This document shows positions 19,489-28,480 of a stretch of 64,000 nucleotides of DNA, piece by piece (position 1 is the stretch's first letter; every line of letters starts with the position of its first letter). The stretch covers positions 1,024,001 to 1,088,000 of the forward strand of contig CAXXTU010000002.1 in the NCBI GenBank assembly GCA_963662655.2, read 5' to 3'. Source of the DNA: Candidatus Cloacimonadales bacterium. Its GTDB lineage: Bacteria; Cloacimonadota; Cloacimonadia; Cloacimonadales; JAIOQZ01. Made by a program: the position numbers and the translations under genes. Below the pieces are notes generated by a model that made no database searches, was not told the origin of the DNA, and worked only from the letters and a program-made list of their open reading frames with translations.

Positions 19489-20129
19489 TCATCATTGGCG
19501 GTCTCGGGAACGGTACCGTCATCGCGGATGCGATTGCGCATGCCGCGGGATCGGATCGCGATCCACTTGTTGCGGGATTCCTCAACGATCACACACTGGT
19601 GGGAGACATGATCGGTTCCTACCCCGTGCTCGGCGGAACATGCGACATCGCCGGATTCATAAAAGATAACTACAGTTTTGTCTATACCATCCTGCGCATC
19701 GATGGACAGGACGAGCGCCTGCGGTTGTTTGACAGCCTGAATATACCAGACGAGCAGCTTTTTACCTTCGTGCATCCCAAGGCTTACGTCGCGCCAGGCG
19801 TGAAAATCGGCTGTGGAACGGTTATAATGCCGAACGCGTCCATCTCCTCCGATACAATCCTCGGCAAAGGGTGCCTGGTGATGGTCAATGCAAGCATCGG
19901 GCATAACACGCACATCGGCGATTTCTGCCACTTCGCGGCCCAAAGTTGCATCAGCTCGTGCGTGAAGATCGAGACTGGCGTGCACATCGGACTCAATGCC
20001 ACCGTGCGCGAAGGCCTCCACCTGAAAGCCTTCTCGACGCTCGGAATGGGTTCGGTTCTGCTTAAAAACATGGACGAGCGCGAAATCTGGGTGGGATATC
20101 CGGCAAAGTTCCTCCGCGAAGCGGAATGA
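19473..20129 (+). CDS. Sugar acyltransferase, PglD/NeuD-like hexapeptide repeat
   Basis: N-terminal IIGGLGNG Rossmann-like fold and a left-handed beta-helix; GYPAK. Confidence 0.85.
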   Translation: MQRRVIIIGGLGNGTVIADAIAHAAGSDRDPLVAGFLNDHTLVGDMIGSYPVLGGTCDIAGFIKDNYSFVYTILRIDGQDERLRLFDSLNIPDEQLFTFVHPKAYVAPGVKIGCGTVIMPNASISSDTILGKGCLVMVNASIGHNTHIGDFCHFAAQSCISSCVKIETGVHIGLNATVREGLHLKAFSTLGMGSVLLKNMDEREIWVGYPAKFLREAE

Positions 20130-20141
20130 TCGGAGACTTTC

Positions 20142-20831
20142 ATGAGCAGCGCGGCAATCATTCAGTCCAATTACATCTCGTGGAAGGGATACTTCCACAT
20201 CATCCAGTCGGTGGACCACTTTGTATTCCTCGATTCGGTGCAATACACGTCAAGGGACTGGCGGAACCGAAATCGCATCAAGACCCAGAGCGGACTCCGG
20301 TGGCTCACCGTACCGGTCATATCAAAACGCAACACATTGATCAAAGACGTTCGCATCGACGGAACATGCTGGCAGAAGAAGCACCTGGAAAGCCTGCGAC
20401 ACGCCTACGGGAAGTGCCCCCATTTCGAGAAGTACCACGATCTGCTAAGCGATATCTACGAGAAGCGGCACTGGACGTATCTCTCGGAATTGAACCACTT
20501 CATCACGGCGCTAATCTGCGAGAACCTATCCATCGAGACAAAGCTCCACGCGGATACGGAATTCTCGGCCCCTATCGGGAAAAACACGCGTCTGCTGCAC
20601 ATCCTCAAGGAACTGGATGTGAAGAAATACGTCACCGGGCCTTCCGCAAAGGCGTATATGGATATCGATCTATATCGCAACACGGGAATCGACGTGGAGT
20701 TCTTCGACTACCCCGACTACCCGCAATATCAGCAACTCCACGGTGATTTCTATCAAAAAGTCACCATACTCGATCTACTATTCCATACGGGAGAAGACAG
20801 CGCAAAATTCATCTGGGATAACGAGAAATGA
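20142..20831 (+). CDS. WbqC family protein
   Basis: QSNYISWKGYF, DSVQY, WRNRNRIKT, WLTVP, ILDLLF. Confidence 0.9.
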   Translation: MSSAAIIQSNYISWKGYFHIIQSVDHFVFLDSVQYTSRDWRNRNRIKTQSGLRWLTVPVISKRNTLIKDVRIDGTCWQKKHLESLRHAYGKCPHFEKYHDLLSDIYEKRHWTYLSELNHFITALICENLSIETKLHADTEFSAPIGKNTRLLHILKELDVKKYVTGPSAKAYMDIDLYRNTGIDVEFFDYPDYPQYQQLHGDFYQKVTILDLLFHTGEDSAKFIWDNEK

Positions 20832-20901
20832 ACCGGATAGACACTTGAATTGTCACTGAAACGCATGGGGATTGATCCCCCGCTCAACCCAAGGAGATGC
20901 C

Positions 20902-22608
20902 ATGACCGATTACTCGAAAGACAAACTACTGAGCCGCCTCGACTCCCCGCGCATCGTTTTTATCTTTGTCACAATCATGTTTCTTCTGTTCGTATCGCCC
21001 TACATCATCAAGGGATGGGACGTGTGGATCAACCAGTTCGACAACCTCGATCAAATCAGCTACATCGGCATTTTCGACGGCGCTTTTCGCGGACAATTCA
21101 CGCCCAGCGACGACATGCCCGAGAATTTCCTGCCCGGAATGGAGCCCATCTTCCGCGTCTCGATTCTATCGGTGCAAAAGCTGTTCTGGCAGTTCGGATT
21201 CTTCCCCGGGTTCGTCATCAACGAGATGGTTTACCGGATCCTCGGATTCATCGGCTTCTACCTGCTTCTTCGCCGACTCTTCATGCGGGACATGCCACGC
21301 ATCTTCCCCGCAATCCTGGCGCTCTCCTACAGCTTCCTGCCCTTCTGGCCGCAGGGCGGGTTATCTATCGCCGGGCTTCCGCTCCTTACCTGGACGCTTC
21401 TGCTCATCGTGAATAAAGAGCGACTTCCGCTCGCATACTTCTTGATCGTCCTGTACACACTCTACTCGGGATTCTTCCTTACCGGGATATTCGTCATCAT
21501 GGCGCTGTTCGTGATCACCATGCTTATGATGATCAGGCGAAAACCGTTCTGGCGGCTGGCGATCCCGATGATTCTCATGACGGCCATCTACGTGGCGGTT
21601 TATTACTCGTTCTTCGTAATCGTCTTCATCGAGAAGATACCCACCAACCGCTCGCAGATTCTACTCGCCTCCGAGAATCTGGTGAAAATCCTGAACGAGT
21701 TCTTCCTCGCTTTTTTCACGAAATCCCACCTGCACGCCCACTCGTACCAGAAGTACCTGTTACTGCCGGTTTCGATCATCGGGCTTATCGCGATGTTTCG
21801 CAGGAGGGATTATCCCTGGCGCTGGCTGATGTTCCTCTTGGCCGGCTTCATCCTGTTCTGCGCGACAATCTTCTCGCTGTATCGCTACCAGCCGTTCAAC
21901 GACTTTTATGCCAGCCTTAACTTCGGATTCGACTACTCCCGCTTCTATTTCCTTACCCCGCCCGTATGGTACATGATGGCCGGTATTACCGTGGCCTTTT
22001 TTATCGGGACATTACGCTGGAAAAGAACCGTTACAATCATCTGCCTGACGCTGCTGCTGGCGCAACTCGGGATCAATTACTCGAAATCGAGCTGGAAAGC
22101 CTGGGTGAAGAAGCCCTCGCTTCGGGAAGTGATGTCGACCGAACAATTCGACCGCATCACAAGCTTTCTGGAGGAGAACGAGCCCGGCTTCAGCAAGGAA
22201 TCCTCGCGCATCGGCTGCGTGGGTTTCGCCCCGGCGATCGCGAATTTCAACGGCTTCAAGACGCTGGGGGCCTACTGCCCGTCATATCCCCTGCATCTCA
22301 AAGACGATTTTCTGGAAATACTCGCCGGGGACATGGAGAAGAACAAGATTCTGAAGCAGTACATGGAAAAATGGGGCTCGCAGTTGTATCTGTTCGATCA
22401 CAGGATTTTCATCAACATGATCGATCAGCGTGCCTTGAGGAAACGTTATCCCTTTACCACCTGTGAATGGAATCTGGAGATATTGAGGGAAAAGGGCGTC
22501 GATCTTCTCTTCAGCACAACGCCGATCACGAACGCCCGGGAAGCGGGATTAACTCCGGTGGCGAAAGATGTCGACGATTACTACCATTTCTATATCTATC
22601 GCCTGTAA
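20902..22608 (+). CDS. Polytopic membrane protein, DUF6044/GT-C-like
   Basis: About 10-12 hydrophobic segments, FDNLDQ near the N-terminus, RFYFL; ATG 20902 after AAGGAG; family recalled from memory. Confidence 0.6.
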   Translation: MTDYSKDKLLSRLDSPRIVFIFVTIMFLLFVSPYIIKGWDVWINQFDNLDQISYIGIFDGAFRGQFTPSDDMPENFLPGMEPIFRVSILSVQKLFWQFGFFPGFVINEMVYRILGFIGFYLLLRRLFMRDMPRIFPAILALSYSFLPFWPQGGLSIAGLPLLTWTLLLIVNKERLPLAYFLIVLYTLYSGFFLTGIFVIMALFVITMLMMIRRKPFWRLAIPMILMTAIYVAVYYSFFVIVFIEKIPTNRSQILLASENLVKILNEFFLAFFTKSHLHAHSYQKYLLLPVSIIGLIAMFRRRDYPWRWLMFLLAGFILFCATIFSLYRYQPFNDFYASLNFGFDYSRFYFLTPPVWYMMAGITVAFFIGTLRWKRTVTIICLTLLLAQLGINYSKSSWKAWVKKPSLREVMSTEQFDRITSFLEENEPGFSKESSRIGCVGFAPAIANFNGFKTLGAYCPSYPLHLKDDFLEILAGDMEKNKILKQYMEKWGSQLYLFDHRIFINMIDQRALRKRYPFTTCEWNLEILREKGVDLLFSTTPITNAREAGLTPVAKDVDDYYHFYIYRL

Positions 22609-22610
22609 GG

Positions 22611-23336
22611 TTATAAATTGCATCTGTGGGAGATGATCTCCATCTGGTCGTGATAGGTTCCCGAGATAACCTCCGCGTTGATCTCAGAGGTCTCGTGAAC
22701 CACGATTTTGCGGTTCAGGCAACCTACGCGATCCGAATACGAAGAAACGAAACCGATATCGTGCGTCACCAGCACGATCGTCTTCCCGATCTCCTTGAGC
22801 AGCTTGAAGATGCCAAGTTCCATCCGCATATCGACACTCGCGGTGGGCTCGTCGAGGAAGAGAATCTCCGGTTCCGTCATCAGCGCACGCGCAATGAGGG
22901 TTCGCTGCTTCTGTCCGCCGGAGAGATCGCCGTAACGCTGGTTGGCGAGATCGCCGATTTCCATTTTATCGAGCATCTCGGCAGCTTTCAACTTCTGCTG
23001 CTTTGGCCAGAAAGGAAGCATCGAACTCGCGCTCAGGCTCCCCATCAGGACAACCTCTCGTACACGCACCGGAAAATCTTCGTATTTCACGCCATACTGC
23101 GGCACGTAACCGATGTAGCGATGCGCCCGTGACGGTGCCACGCCCATGACGGATATCCTCCCCCTTCCAGGCTTGAGCAGGCCGAGCATCAACTTGAGCA
23201 GCGTCGTTTTCCCGCCGCCGTTGGGACCCACAATCGCGATGAACTCGCCGCGCCTCACCTGCAGGTCGATGCCGTCCAGCACAGGCTGGTTGTTGTACGC
23301 AAACGAGACATTCTCCACGCGGATCGCATCGTTCAT
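22611..23336 (-). CDS. znuC: Zn/Mn ABC transporter ATPase
   Basis: GPNGGGKTT, GYVPQ, LSGGQKQR, LDEP. Confidence 0.85.
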   Translation of the reverse strand: MNDAIRVENVSFAYNNQPVLDGIDLQVRRGEFIAIVGPNGGGKTTLLKLMLGLLKPGRGRISVMGVAPSRAHRYIGYVPQYGVKYEDFPVRVREVVLMGSLSASSMLPFWPKQQKLKAAEMLDKMEIGDLANQRYGDLSGGQKQRTLIARALMTEPEILFLDEPTASVDMRMELGIFKLLKEIGKTIVLVTHDIGFVSSYSDRVGCLNRKIVVHETSEINAEVISGTYHDQMEIISHRCNL

Positions 23337-24295
23337 CGAAGACTCTCGGCCAATGATGTTGCAATGCTTTTCATGTTATTCATGTAATCCTCCGCGAGCG
23401 GGTCAATACCGACAACGCTCCCGCCGATCTCCTGCGCGATGCTTGTCGCGACATTCTCGTCAAATTGCTTTTGCACGAAGATCACCTTGATTCCCTTCTC
23501 CTTTGCAAAGCGTACGATCTCGACCGTGTGCTTTCCAAGGGGTTCCTTCCCTTCTACCTCGATGGGAATCTGCCGTAAACCGAATTGCTCGCAGAAATAG
23601 CCCCACGCGGGATGGAATACGAGGATGTCGCGCGTCTCGAGCGGCTCGAGAATCTCCTCCACCTGCTTCGAGAGCCCGTCCAGATCAAGGGAGAATTCAC
23701 GGAGGTTTTGCTCGATCTCGGCCGCGTGGTCCGGTAATATCTTCTTCATCGCATCGGCGATGGTTCCGGCCTGTTTCTTCACCAGATCGGGTGAGAGCCA
23801 GATATGCGGATCCTTACCCGTGTGTTCATGGTCGTGCCCATGATGCTCGTGTTCCTCTTCCATATCGTGGTGTTCGTGGTCGTGCTCCATATCCTGATGC
23901 CCCAATTCAAGCGCGATCTCGTCAAACGACTCCACGTCGCGTAGGGTAAGCCCCTTGCGTGTGTCGATGATGGTGACACCCGATGCGCTCTCCTGGATCG
24001 CCGGTAGAAACGATTCCTCGAACGGAACGCCGATCCTGAAATAGACCTGCGCGTCTTTCAGCTCGACCTGCTGCTTGATGGAGGGCTCGTACGTTACCGG
24101 ACTCGAGTTCGGTGGAAGCATCAGCCTTACATCGACGAAGTCACCCGCGATTCGCTCCACGAAATACTTTTGCGGCGCGATGCTCACGAAAACCACCGGC
24201 TTGTCCGACACCTTTTGCGCCTCTTTCGGCGCGCAGGACATCAAAAGTCCCGCAACAATAAATAATGCTATGATTGCTTTGCGCATTGTTTGCAT
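23333..24295 (-). CDS. znuA: Zn ABC transporter substrate-binding lipoprotein with a His-rich loop
   Basis: Lipobox LLMSC, HDHEHH-rich loop, DPHIWLSP, FHPAWGYF. Confidence 0.9.
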   Translation of the reverse strand: MQTMRKAIIALFIVAGLLMSCAPKEAQKVSDKPVVFVSIAPQKYFVERIAGDFVDVRLMLPPNSSPVTYEPSIKQQVELKDAQVYFRIGVPFEESFLPAIQESASGVTIIDTRKGLTLRDVESFDEIALELGHQDMEHDHEHHDMEEEHEHHGHDHEHTGKDPHIWLSPDLVKKQAGTIADAMKKILPDHAAEIEQNLREFSLDLDGLSKQVEEILEPLETRDILVFHPAWGYFCEQFGLRQIPIEVEGKEPLGKHTVEIVRFAKEKGIKVIFVQKQFDENVATSIAQEIGGSVVGIDPLAEDYMNNMKSIATSLAESLR

Positions 24296-24684
24296 ACTCC
24301 TTTCATGACCAGCGATATCTGGTCGATCCGGTGCATCTCGGCGTTGCGAATCAGAACGCTGCTCTGATCGAAATCGAGCGGCGCGAGGCAGAACAGCCGC
24401 TCGCAGTGCTCGCAGTAGAAATGCCCGTGCGGCGGATGATGCTCGCAGACGTACTCGTAGAACTGATGGCCGTCCAGAAACGCGATTTCGCGCACGATGC
24501 CCTTCTCGAGCAGCAAGTGGATGAATCGGTAGATGGTCGCAAGGTCAATGTCAGCCATCTCTTTCTGCAATTGCTTTGCAGAAAACGAAACCTCGTGGAT
24601 CATCTTCGAGAGCAACTCGATTCGCTGCCTTGTCTTCCTTATCTTGCTCCTCTGGAGCACATTTCCCGGATCGCATTTTTTCAT
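24268..24684 (-). CDS. zur: Fur-family regulator, probably Zur
   Basis: TRQR, DLATIYR, HGHFYCEHC, GVCKQC; start set to ATG 24684; upstream of znuA. Confidence 0.85.
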   Translation of the reverse strand: MKKCDPGNVLQRSKIRKTRQRIELLSKMIHEVSFSAKQLQKEMADIDLATIYRFIHLLLEKGIVREIAFLDGHQFYEYVCEHHPPHGHFYCEHCERLFCLAPLDFDQSSVLIRNAEMHRIDQISLVMKGVCKQCAKQS

Positions 24685-24702
24685 GACACCAAGATACAAT
24701 AG

Positions 24703-24719
24703 TTGCAAATGATTTGCAA
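24703..24719. promoter_or_regulatory. Putative Zur/Fur operator overlapping the -35 of the zur promoter
   Basis: Perfect 8-1-8 palindrome TTGCAAAT-G-ATTTGCAA; minus-strand TTGCAA-17nt-TATCTT promoter. Confidence 0.75.
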
Positions 24720-24767
24720 GAAGAAAATACGATTCCCGTGACTTTTATTATCTCGAAGACTTGAAAC

Positions 24768-24901
24768 ATCGTGAGCAGATTCGCTTCTTTCCTGCCTGAA
24801 GCCGTGTTGTTACACGTTGAGCGCTTTCACGATACATTGACTCTTTGCGACAACGTGTTATATACACGGTGGAAGGCAGGATGGAGCGAAGATGCCACGA
24901 T
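24768..24901 (+). repeat. Structured hairpin element, copy 1
   Basis: AGCAGATTCG...GCGAAGATGC long imperfect inverted repeat, homologous to copies at 29820 and 35814. Confidence 0.8.
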
Positions 24902-24917
24902 TGAGGAAGGGGAATCG

Positions 24918-25502
24918 CTATTCTTGAGAGGTCTGCGAAATCCTGATGGCGATGCGCCCCGTCGACTCCCAGGAGGATTCGAAATCGTCAAAGGGAATTC
25001 GCACCGGAAGTTCTCCGCCGGTGTGCGCGATCACATACCGGTGTACGCTCGAGTAACCCGTTACCAGCAGATAATGCCTTGGCGACTTGTAGTCCGAGAC
25101 AATCTTGCGCACCCCGTCAAACGGATTAGCCGAGTCCATCTCGACCATCGCAATCAGTGGGATTCCCGCATCGATGCATTGCTTCAAATCATCCAGTGAA
25201 CTCCGGTAGAGCCTCGCGTCCAGACCCCGGGATTTCGCGTAGACAACCATGTCCAGCGTCAGAGTTCCCTCGAGAGCGTCCCTGCGAACTGCCGTGGCGA
25301 CGGAATCCATTCTTACGGCTATCCCGTAATAGTTCAGAACGGAAGTCAACGTCGCGGGACCGCAATCCACTCCGTTTTGTGGGTTGACCGGAATTCCGTC
25401 GATCACATGCTCGACTTCGTAGTTGTACGAGAAGCGAACGCACGAAAAAAAAGCCAGCGAACACAGGCTGGCAAGTATCAGAAGCTTGGTTTTCACTTTC
25501 AT
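24918..25502 (-). CDS. C39-family cysteine peptidase lipoprotein (PA2778-like, no TPR)
   Basis: Lipobox AFFSC, QNGVDCGPA catalytic Cys, HYLLVTGY catalytic His. Confidence 0.8.
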   Translation of the reverse strand: MKVKTKLLILASLCSLAFFSCVRFSYNYEVEHVIDGIPVNPQNGVDCGPATLTSVLNYYGIAVRMDSVATAVRRDALEGTLTLDMVVYAKSRGLDARLYRSSLDDLKQCIDAGIPLIAMVEMDSANPFDGVRKIVSDYKSPRHYLLVTGYSSVHRYVIAHTGGELPVRIPFDDFESSWESTGRIAIRISQTSQE

Positions 25503-25858
25503 GGCGCAAATACGTTCGATTCGGTTCCGGTATCTTCCGCGAGCATGAGCGTTGCGGCGGCTGCGGCAGCCATCAAGCCGATAATGACGAACGTAACGAC
25601 ATACTTCCCGCGCATTCCGCCGGCGTCGATCAAGCCCTCGTCTTCCACCAGTCCTGCAACTTCCACATCACTCAGATCGGCCACCAGGTCGGCGGCTTCT
25701 TCGGCATCCAGACCCTTCTCGACAAGCGCTTCAACCAGTCGCGTGCGGTATTGAACAGCCTGGGCCGCATCCGTTTGGGCAGGAGAAATCCCACTCAGGG
25801 ATGTTCGTGCAAAAAGCAGAATCGCAATGAATAAAAGAAAGTAGCGAGATCGAGCCAT
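25499..25858 (-). CDS. Small exported protein, PA2779-like, with DAGG and a hydrophobic tail
   Basis: Start at ATG 25858 (TGATG overlap); signal peptide, GLDAEEAADLVADLSDVEV, IDAGG, TM tail. Confidence 0.7.
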   Translation of the reverse strand: MARSRYFLLFIAILLFARTSLSGISPAQTDAAQAVQYRTRLVEALVEKGLDAEEAADLVADLSDVEVAGLVEDEGLIDAGGMRGKYVVTFVIIGLMAAAAAATLMLAEDTGTESNVFAP

Positions 25859-26202
25859 CAGTTGTTCGCGTCCACGATCAGCCAGGCGATGATCCCCAGT
25901 GTGAGAGACCAGACAGCTACTTGCGTCCACATTCTTTTACTTCTGCGGCTTCCGGCCTCGTCGATCTGATCCAGATCCGCAGCGATGTCACCCAACTGCG
26001 TGTCATCGATGTTCTCGAGAAGCGCCGTGATCTCCTCATCGGTCAGTTGTTTGTCCTGCAGAGCGCAGCGAACAAACGCCTCGTTCTGTGCTCTCTCGAG
26101 TGTTACGGGACCTTCCGCTTTCGCGTTCGTTACGGTTTCGGCGAAGACAACTCCTACCGAAAGCAGCATGATGATGATTAAGATGCTGGCAATACGCCTC
26201 AT
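25858..26202 (-). CDS. Small exported protein, PA2779-like paralogue, with EAGS and a hydrophobic tail
   Basis: Signal peptide, LTDEEITALLENIDDTQL, DEAGS, TM tail; GGGAG RBS. Confidence 0.7.
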   Translation of the reverse strand: MRRIASILIIIMLLSVGVVFAETVTNAKAEGPVTLERAQNEAFVRCALQDKQLTDEEITALLENIDDTQLGDIAADLDQIDEAGSRRSKRMWTQVAVWSLTLGIIAWLIVDANN

Positions 26203-26266
26203 ATTCGCTCTCCCATATTTTTTCTACGAAATTCACCGGTCAGGGCTTATTTGTCCAGCGATTTTT

Positions 26267-27130
26267 CTACCACTCGTAATCGGGATCGTACATGATGTCG
26301 CCGTAGCCCCATTGAGATTGATTTCCATTTGTATCGAGGATACGGTAGAAGATACGGTAGAGACCGGGAACAAATGAATAATCTCCCGCATTGAACTCGA
26401 TCGATGATTTCCCCGAAAGAACATCATCTGATAAAACTAAGAAATCATCTCCGGTGGCATTGTAAAGAACTACGTCAGCAGTGAATCCTTGCTTGATATT
26501 GTATAGAAATTCTCCCTTTCCATCGAATGGATTTGCGAAAAATCTAAATGCGTTTGTGTCGAGATCCGACAGATTCTCCGGACTGACTATAATTGACAGT
26601 GGGCCAGCAACGTGGACTACATCATTGTTGTGAACCATTTTAACAAAATAGAAGGACGTGGCATCAACGTATGGATAATAGTCATAATACTTATAATCCA
26701 TGTGGTTCGGAGTATTCGTCGCTGGGATAATCTCAAGATTAACATTCTCTGTTATAATATAATCAGGGTCTATACTTCTGAGACAGTAAAATCCCATGAC
26801 ATCTGTTTCAGTTTCTGTTGTCCATTCGATGCAAACGATTTCGAAACCGATGTCGGTAACTTTCAGTGAGGGAAACCAGTAATCGTTGAGTGTGTTTTTC
26901 GAAGTTCGATACGAATAGACTTGCCAGTCGCGCGTATCGACTTCTCCGATCTCACCTTCATCCGAAATAATCGTGTATCCATCGAAATCACCGACATAAA
27001 CAGGAAATTCCGCACCCTCAGGAGTTACCCAGTCTTCATTTCCCGATGACGGCGACGAAAAAAACGAATGGCAACCGCCTAAGAATAACGCGGCGAGAAC
27101 CAGCGCGGTAAGAATGATAAATCTGCCCAT
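26267..27130 (-). CDS. Hypothetical lipoprotein
   Basis: Lipobox FLGGC, GGAGG RBS, Ig-like WTTETETDVMGFY segment. Confidence 0.7.
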   Translation of the reverse strand: MGRFIILTALVLAALFLGGCHSFFSSPSSGNEDWVTPEGAEFPVYVGDFDGYTIISDEGEIGEVDTRDWQVYSYRTSKNTLNDYWFPSLKVTDIGFEIVCIEWTTETETDVMGFYCLRSIDPDYIITENVNLEIIPATNTPNHMDYKYYDYYPYVDATSFYFVKMVHNNDVVHVAGPLSIIVSPENLSDLDTNAFRFFANPFDGKGEFLYNIKQGFTADVVLYNATGDDFLVLSDDVLSGKSSIEFNAGDYSFVPGLYRIFYRILDTNGNQSQWGYGDIMYDPDYEW

Positions 27131-27437
27131 GAAACCCTCCTGCCGGAAAAATGATCTGGAGCACCTTCATTATCGTTATTTCATGCGGTTTGACGTCAAG
27201 TTTTTTCTCTTAACGAAATTACCGCACAAGAATGTACATATCACCATGATATATCCTGGATCGATACGGATATAATTGCATTGTCCAACAGGTTCCGGCG
27301 ATGTTCCGGAAAACATTTTTCACGCGGCGGATTCCGTGTTATGAGATACATCGCAACGACTTATGCTGAAAGTACAACTTTTTCGGCATAAATAATGTAA
27401 CCATAGCGAGGTAAATCCATTTATTCAGTGAAAGCGT

Positions 27438-27971
27438 ATGGAACGGGAAGAAGAAAAAATCAGGGATGCCCGAAAGGACATTAAGTGCTTCGATGCACTG
27501 TATAGCGAATATTATCCGCTCATTGACAGGTTTGTATTCCATAGAGTGAGTGATACGCAGACACGCCACGAGATTGTATCAGATGTCTTTTTCTGCGCAA
27601 TGAACAAGTTGAACATGTTCCGCTGGTTTGGTAAAGGATCATTCCAGGCCTGGTTGATACGAATCGCCATGAATGAGGTAAACGGCTATTATCGCCGGGC
27701 AAAGCGGGATAAAAGAATAATGGAGAAACTCGAGTGGGAGTCGGACGCCTGCAATGGGGATATGCAGGACGACGACGGCTTCGACTACGGGAAAATCCGC
27801 AGCGCGCTTGAAGAGCTTCCCTTGAAGGATCAGAACCTTATCAGTCTCAGGTTCTTCAACAAGCTCAAGCATCAGGAGATTGCGGAAGTTTTCAAGACGA
27901 CCGAGGGAGCTGTAAAAGTGAGGCTTCACAGAGCAATGGACAAGCTCCGCAAGATTGTCGAGGGGGATTAG
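27438..27971 (+). CDS. ECF RNA polymerase sigma factor
   Basis: Region 2 (EIVSDVF, FQAWLIRIAMN) and region 4 (EIAEVFKTTEGAVKVRLHRA). Confidence 0.92.
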   Translation: MEREEEKIRDARKDIKCFDALYSEYYPLIDRFVFHRVSDTQTRHEIVSDVFFCAMNKLNMFRWFGKGSFQAWLIRIAMNEVNGYYRRAKRDKRIMEKLEWESDACNGDMQDDDGFDYGKIRSALEELPLKDQNLISLRFFNKLKHQEIAEVFKTTEGAVKVRLHRAMDKLRKIVEGD

Positions 27972-27973
27972 AA

Positions 27974-28441
27974 ATGGATTTTGAAAACAAATTGAACGCG
28001 ATGAATGTACCCGGGCCCGAAAACGACGGGTATGATATTCAGTTGAGAGCCGCTCTGAAAGAACATTACTTTGGACGTGAGAAAAAATACCAATACCGTT
28101 TTCGTCTATCGGTGGGATTTGCCTCAGCGCTTCTAATGATACTGTTCGTTTTTATCTGGAATCCCGAACTTGCCATCCGGGCGAACCAGATTGCATTCCG
28201 AAGTAATGCACCGGAGCGGCTCGATTCTTCAGCGGATAACGCGGACGAGGAATACGTGGATTATACATCACTGTACAATCCCGAGCTTTATCCGATTTTC
28301 CATGAAGAAAACTACGAAGAAGAAAAGGCATACGTGATTCGAAAGTACAAATCATCCGAAAAGGGTGAATTGATGATCGTATCCGAATTTGATCCGGTCG
28401 ATACCATACCTGTCGGGAAAAATCTGCCCGGCAGTATATAG
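27974..28441 (+). CDS. Putative anti-sigma factor (single TM)
   Basis: Directly after the ECF sigma; short cytoplasmic N-terminus and one TM helix. Confidence 0.65.
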   Translation: MDFENKLNAMNVPGPENDGYDIQLRAALKEHYFGREKKYQYRFRLSVGFASALLMILFVFIWNPELAIRANQIAFRSNAPERLDSSADNADEEYVDYTSLYNPELYPIFHEENYEEEKAYVIRKYKSSEKGELMIVSEFDPVDTIPVGKNLPGSI

Positions 28442-28480
28442 TAAAGCCTTTATAAGTTGAAGATCGTATAGGAGGTAACA

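Noticed and set aside
24771..25199. 142-aa + strand ORF, and the small ORFs over 50384-50691
   Set aside because: They overlap structured palindromic elements or antisense genes and lack an RBS or protein motifs
27240..27360. Short palindromes upstream of the ECF sigma as a fourth hairpin-family copy
   Set aside because: Lacks the AGCAGATTCG/GCGAAGATGC signature; pairing is weak
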